A DNA stretch of 64,000 nt from a virus (Duplodnaviria > Caudoviricetes). A program made the position numbers and the translations under genes. Location: IMG/VR virus record IMGVR_UViG_3300048855_000167, positions 1 through 64,000 of that record. One strand, 5' to 3'. Position 1 is the stretch's first letter. Each line of letters starts with the position of its first letter. Of the stretch, positions 63,332 to 64,000 are shown piece after piece. The notes under the pieces were generated by a model. It worked only from the letters and a program-made list of their open reading frames with translations. It searched no databases and was not told the origin of the DNA.

Positions 63332-64000
63332 ATGCCCGCCCCACATAAATCGTCCCTTCACAATCGCCTCCTGTCTCTGATGACGGATGGAGATCTGCAG
63401 TTATTCGACGGGCTGGAGCCGGTGGATCTTCCGAGAACGTTTGTACTCGCCGAGTTGGACGCCCCGATCGAGCATGTGTATTTCCCAGAATCTGGAATCG
63501 GCTCGGTGATCGCAGTCTCACCGGAGGGTAACAAGGTCGAGGCGGGATTGTTCGGGCGTGACGGTTTCTCACCGGTTCAGTCACTTGTCGGGTCGTCAGC
63601 TCACGGCCAGGAGATCGTCATGCAGGTGTCCGGGCGCGGCCACCGTATCGACATCGGGATATTCCAAAGGGCGATGGATGCCAATCCGGCGCTCGCCAAT
63701 CTCTTGATGCGGTATGCACAAACACTTGCAACGCAGGTTTCCTTTACGGGCTTGTCAAACGCGGTCCACCACGTAGACGAACGCTTGGCACGCTGGATTC
63801 TGATGTGCCACGATCGCGTAGACGGAGACGAGATTGACCTCACTCACGACTACATATCGATCATGTTGGCGGTACGCCGGCCAAGTGTCACAACTTCACT
63901 TCACGTGCTTGAGGGCAACGGTTTGATCCGCTCTTCACGAGGGAAAGTCATCGTCCGAAACAGGGCCGCGCTCGAAGAGTTTGCGCATGACGCGTATGGC
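63332..64000 (+). CDS. Crp/Fnr family regulator, truncated by window end (not in ORF track)
   Basis: Manual translation: HNRLLSLM...HVYFPESG...VEAGLFGRDG...ERLARWILMCHDR...LTHDYISIMLAVRRPSVT. Confidence 0.9.
   Translation, partial: MPAPHKSSLHNRLLSLMTDGDLQLFDGLEPVDLPRTFVLAELDAPIEHVYFPESGIGSVIAVSPEGNKVEAGLFGRDGFSPVQSLVGSSAHGQEIVMQVSGRGHRIDIGIFQRAMDANPALANLLMRYAQTLATQVSFTGLSNAVHHVDERLARWILMCHDRVDGDEIDLTHDYISIMLAVRRPSVTTSLHVLEGNGLIRSSRGKVIVRNRAALEEFAHDAYG

Noticed and set aside
1-64000. CRISPR array, diversity-generating retroelement, invertible tail-fibre segment, IS element, tRNA, integrase
   Set aside because: No regularly spaced repeats, reverse transcriptase, invertase, transposase, cloverleaf or tyrosine/serine integrase motifs seen

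Overview
Nearly the whole window (1 to about 61.7 kb) is one large temperate prophage with a contractile tail, probably in a Rhizobiaceae-type alphaproteobacterium. The host call is inferred from DUF982/DUF6894/Crp-type neighbours and GcrA/GapR-like genes. The integrase and left att site lie outside the window, and no right att site could be identified. Layout: (1) leftward early/recombination operon (ExoX-like exonuclease, RecT, RecE-like PD-(D/E)XK nuclease, SMC-like ATPase); (2) cI/cro switch with operators of consensus AATACG-N3-CGTATT; (3) rightward operon (GcrA-like, GapR-like, HNH, two methyltransferases, RuvC-like, primase, DnaB-like helicase, candidate late regulator); (4) a 16-kb mostly leftward accessory island (16.7-32.7 kb) with a DUF4942 methyltransferase, GT2 glycosyltransferase, beta-clamp, vWA-metallopeptidase, MoxR-type AAA ATPase, DUF3150-like protein and many small ORFs; (5) a lambda-like cos region, gpA terminase, lambda portal, protease-capsid fusion, P2-like baseplate/sheath/tube/tape measure with a -1 frameshift, and a lysis cassette; (6) host-like small genes and a partial Crp/Fnr regulator. 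The most unusual signal is how the island appears to be regulated. A perfect copy of the immunity-region operator sits at its promoter about 0.8 kb from the predicted cos. It is followed by a roughly 460-nt non-coding leader rich in canonical tetraloop hairpins, a boxA-like sequence and a terminator. A covarying stem-loop motif lies just upstream of the ribosome-binding sites of 8-10 island genes and was not seen upstream of genes elsewhere in the prophage. Family assignments come from recognised motifs only; no searches were run.
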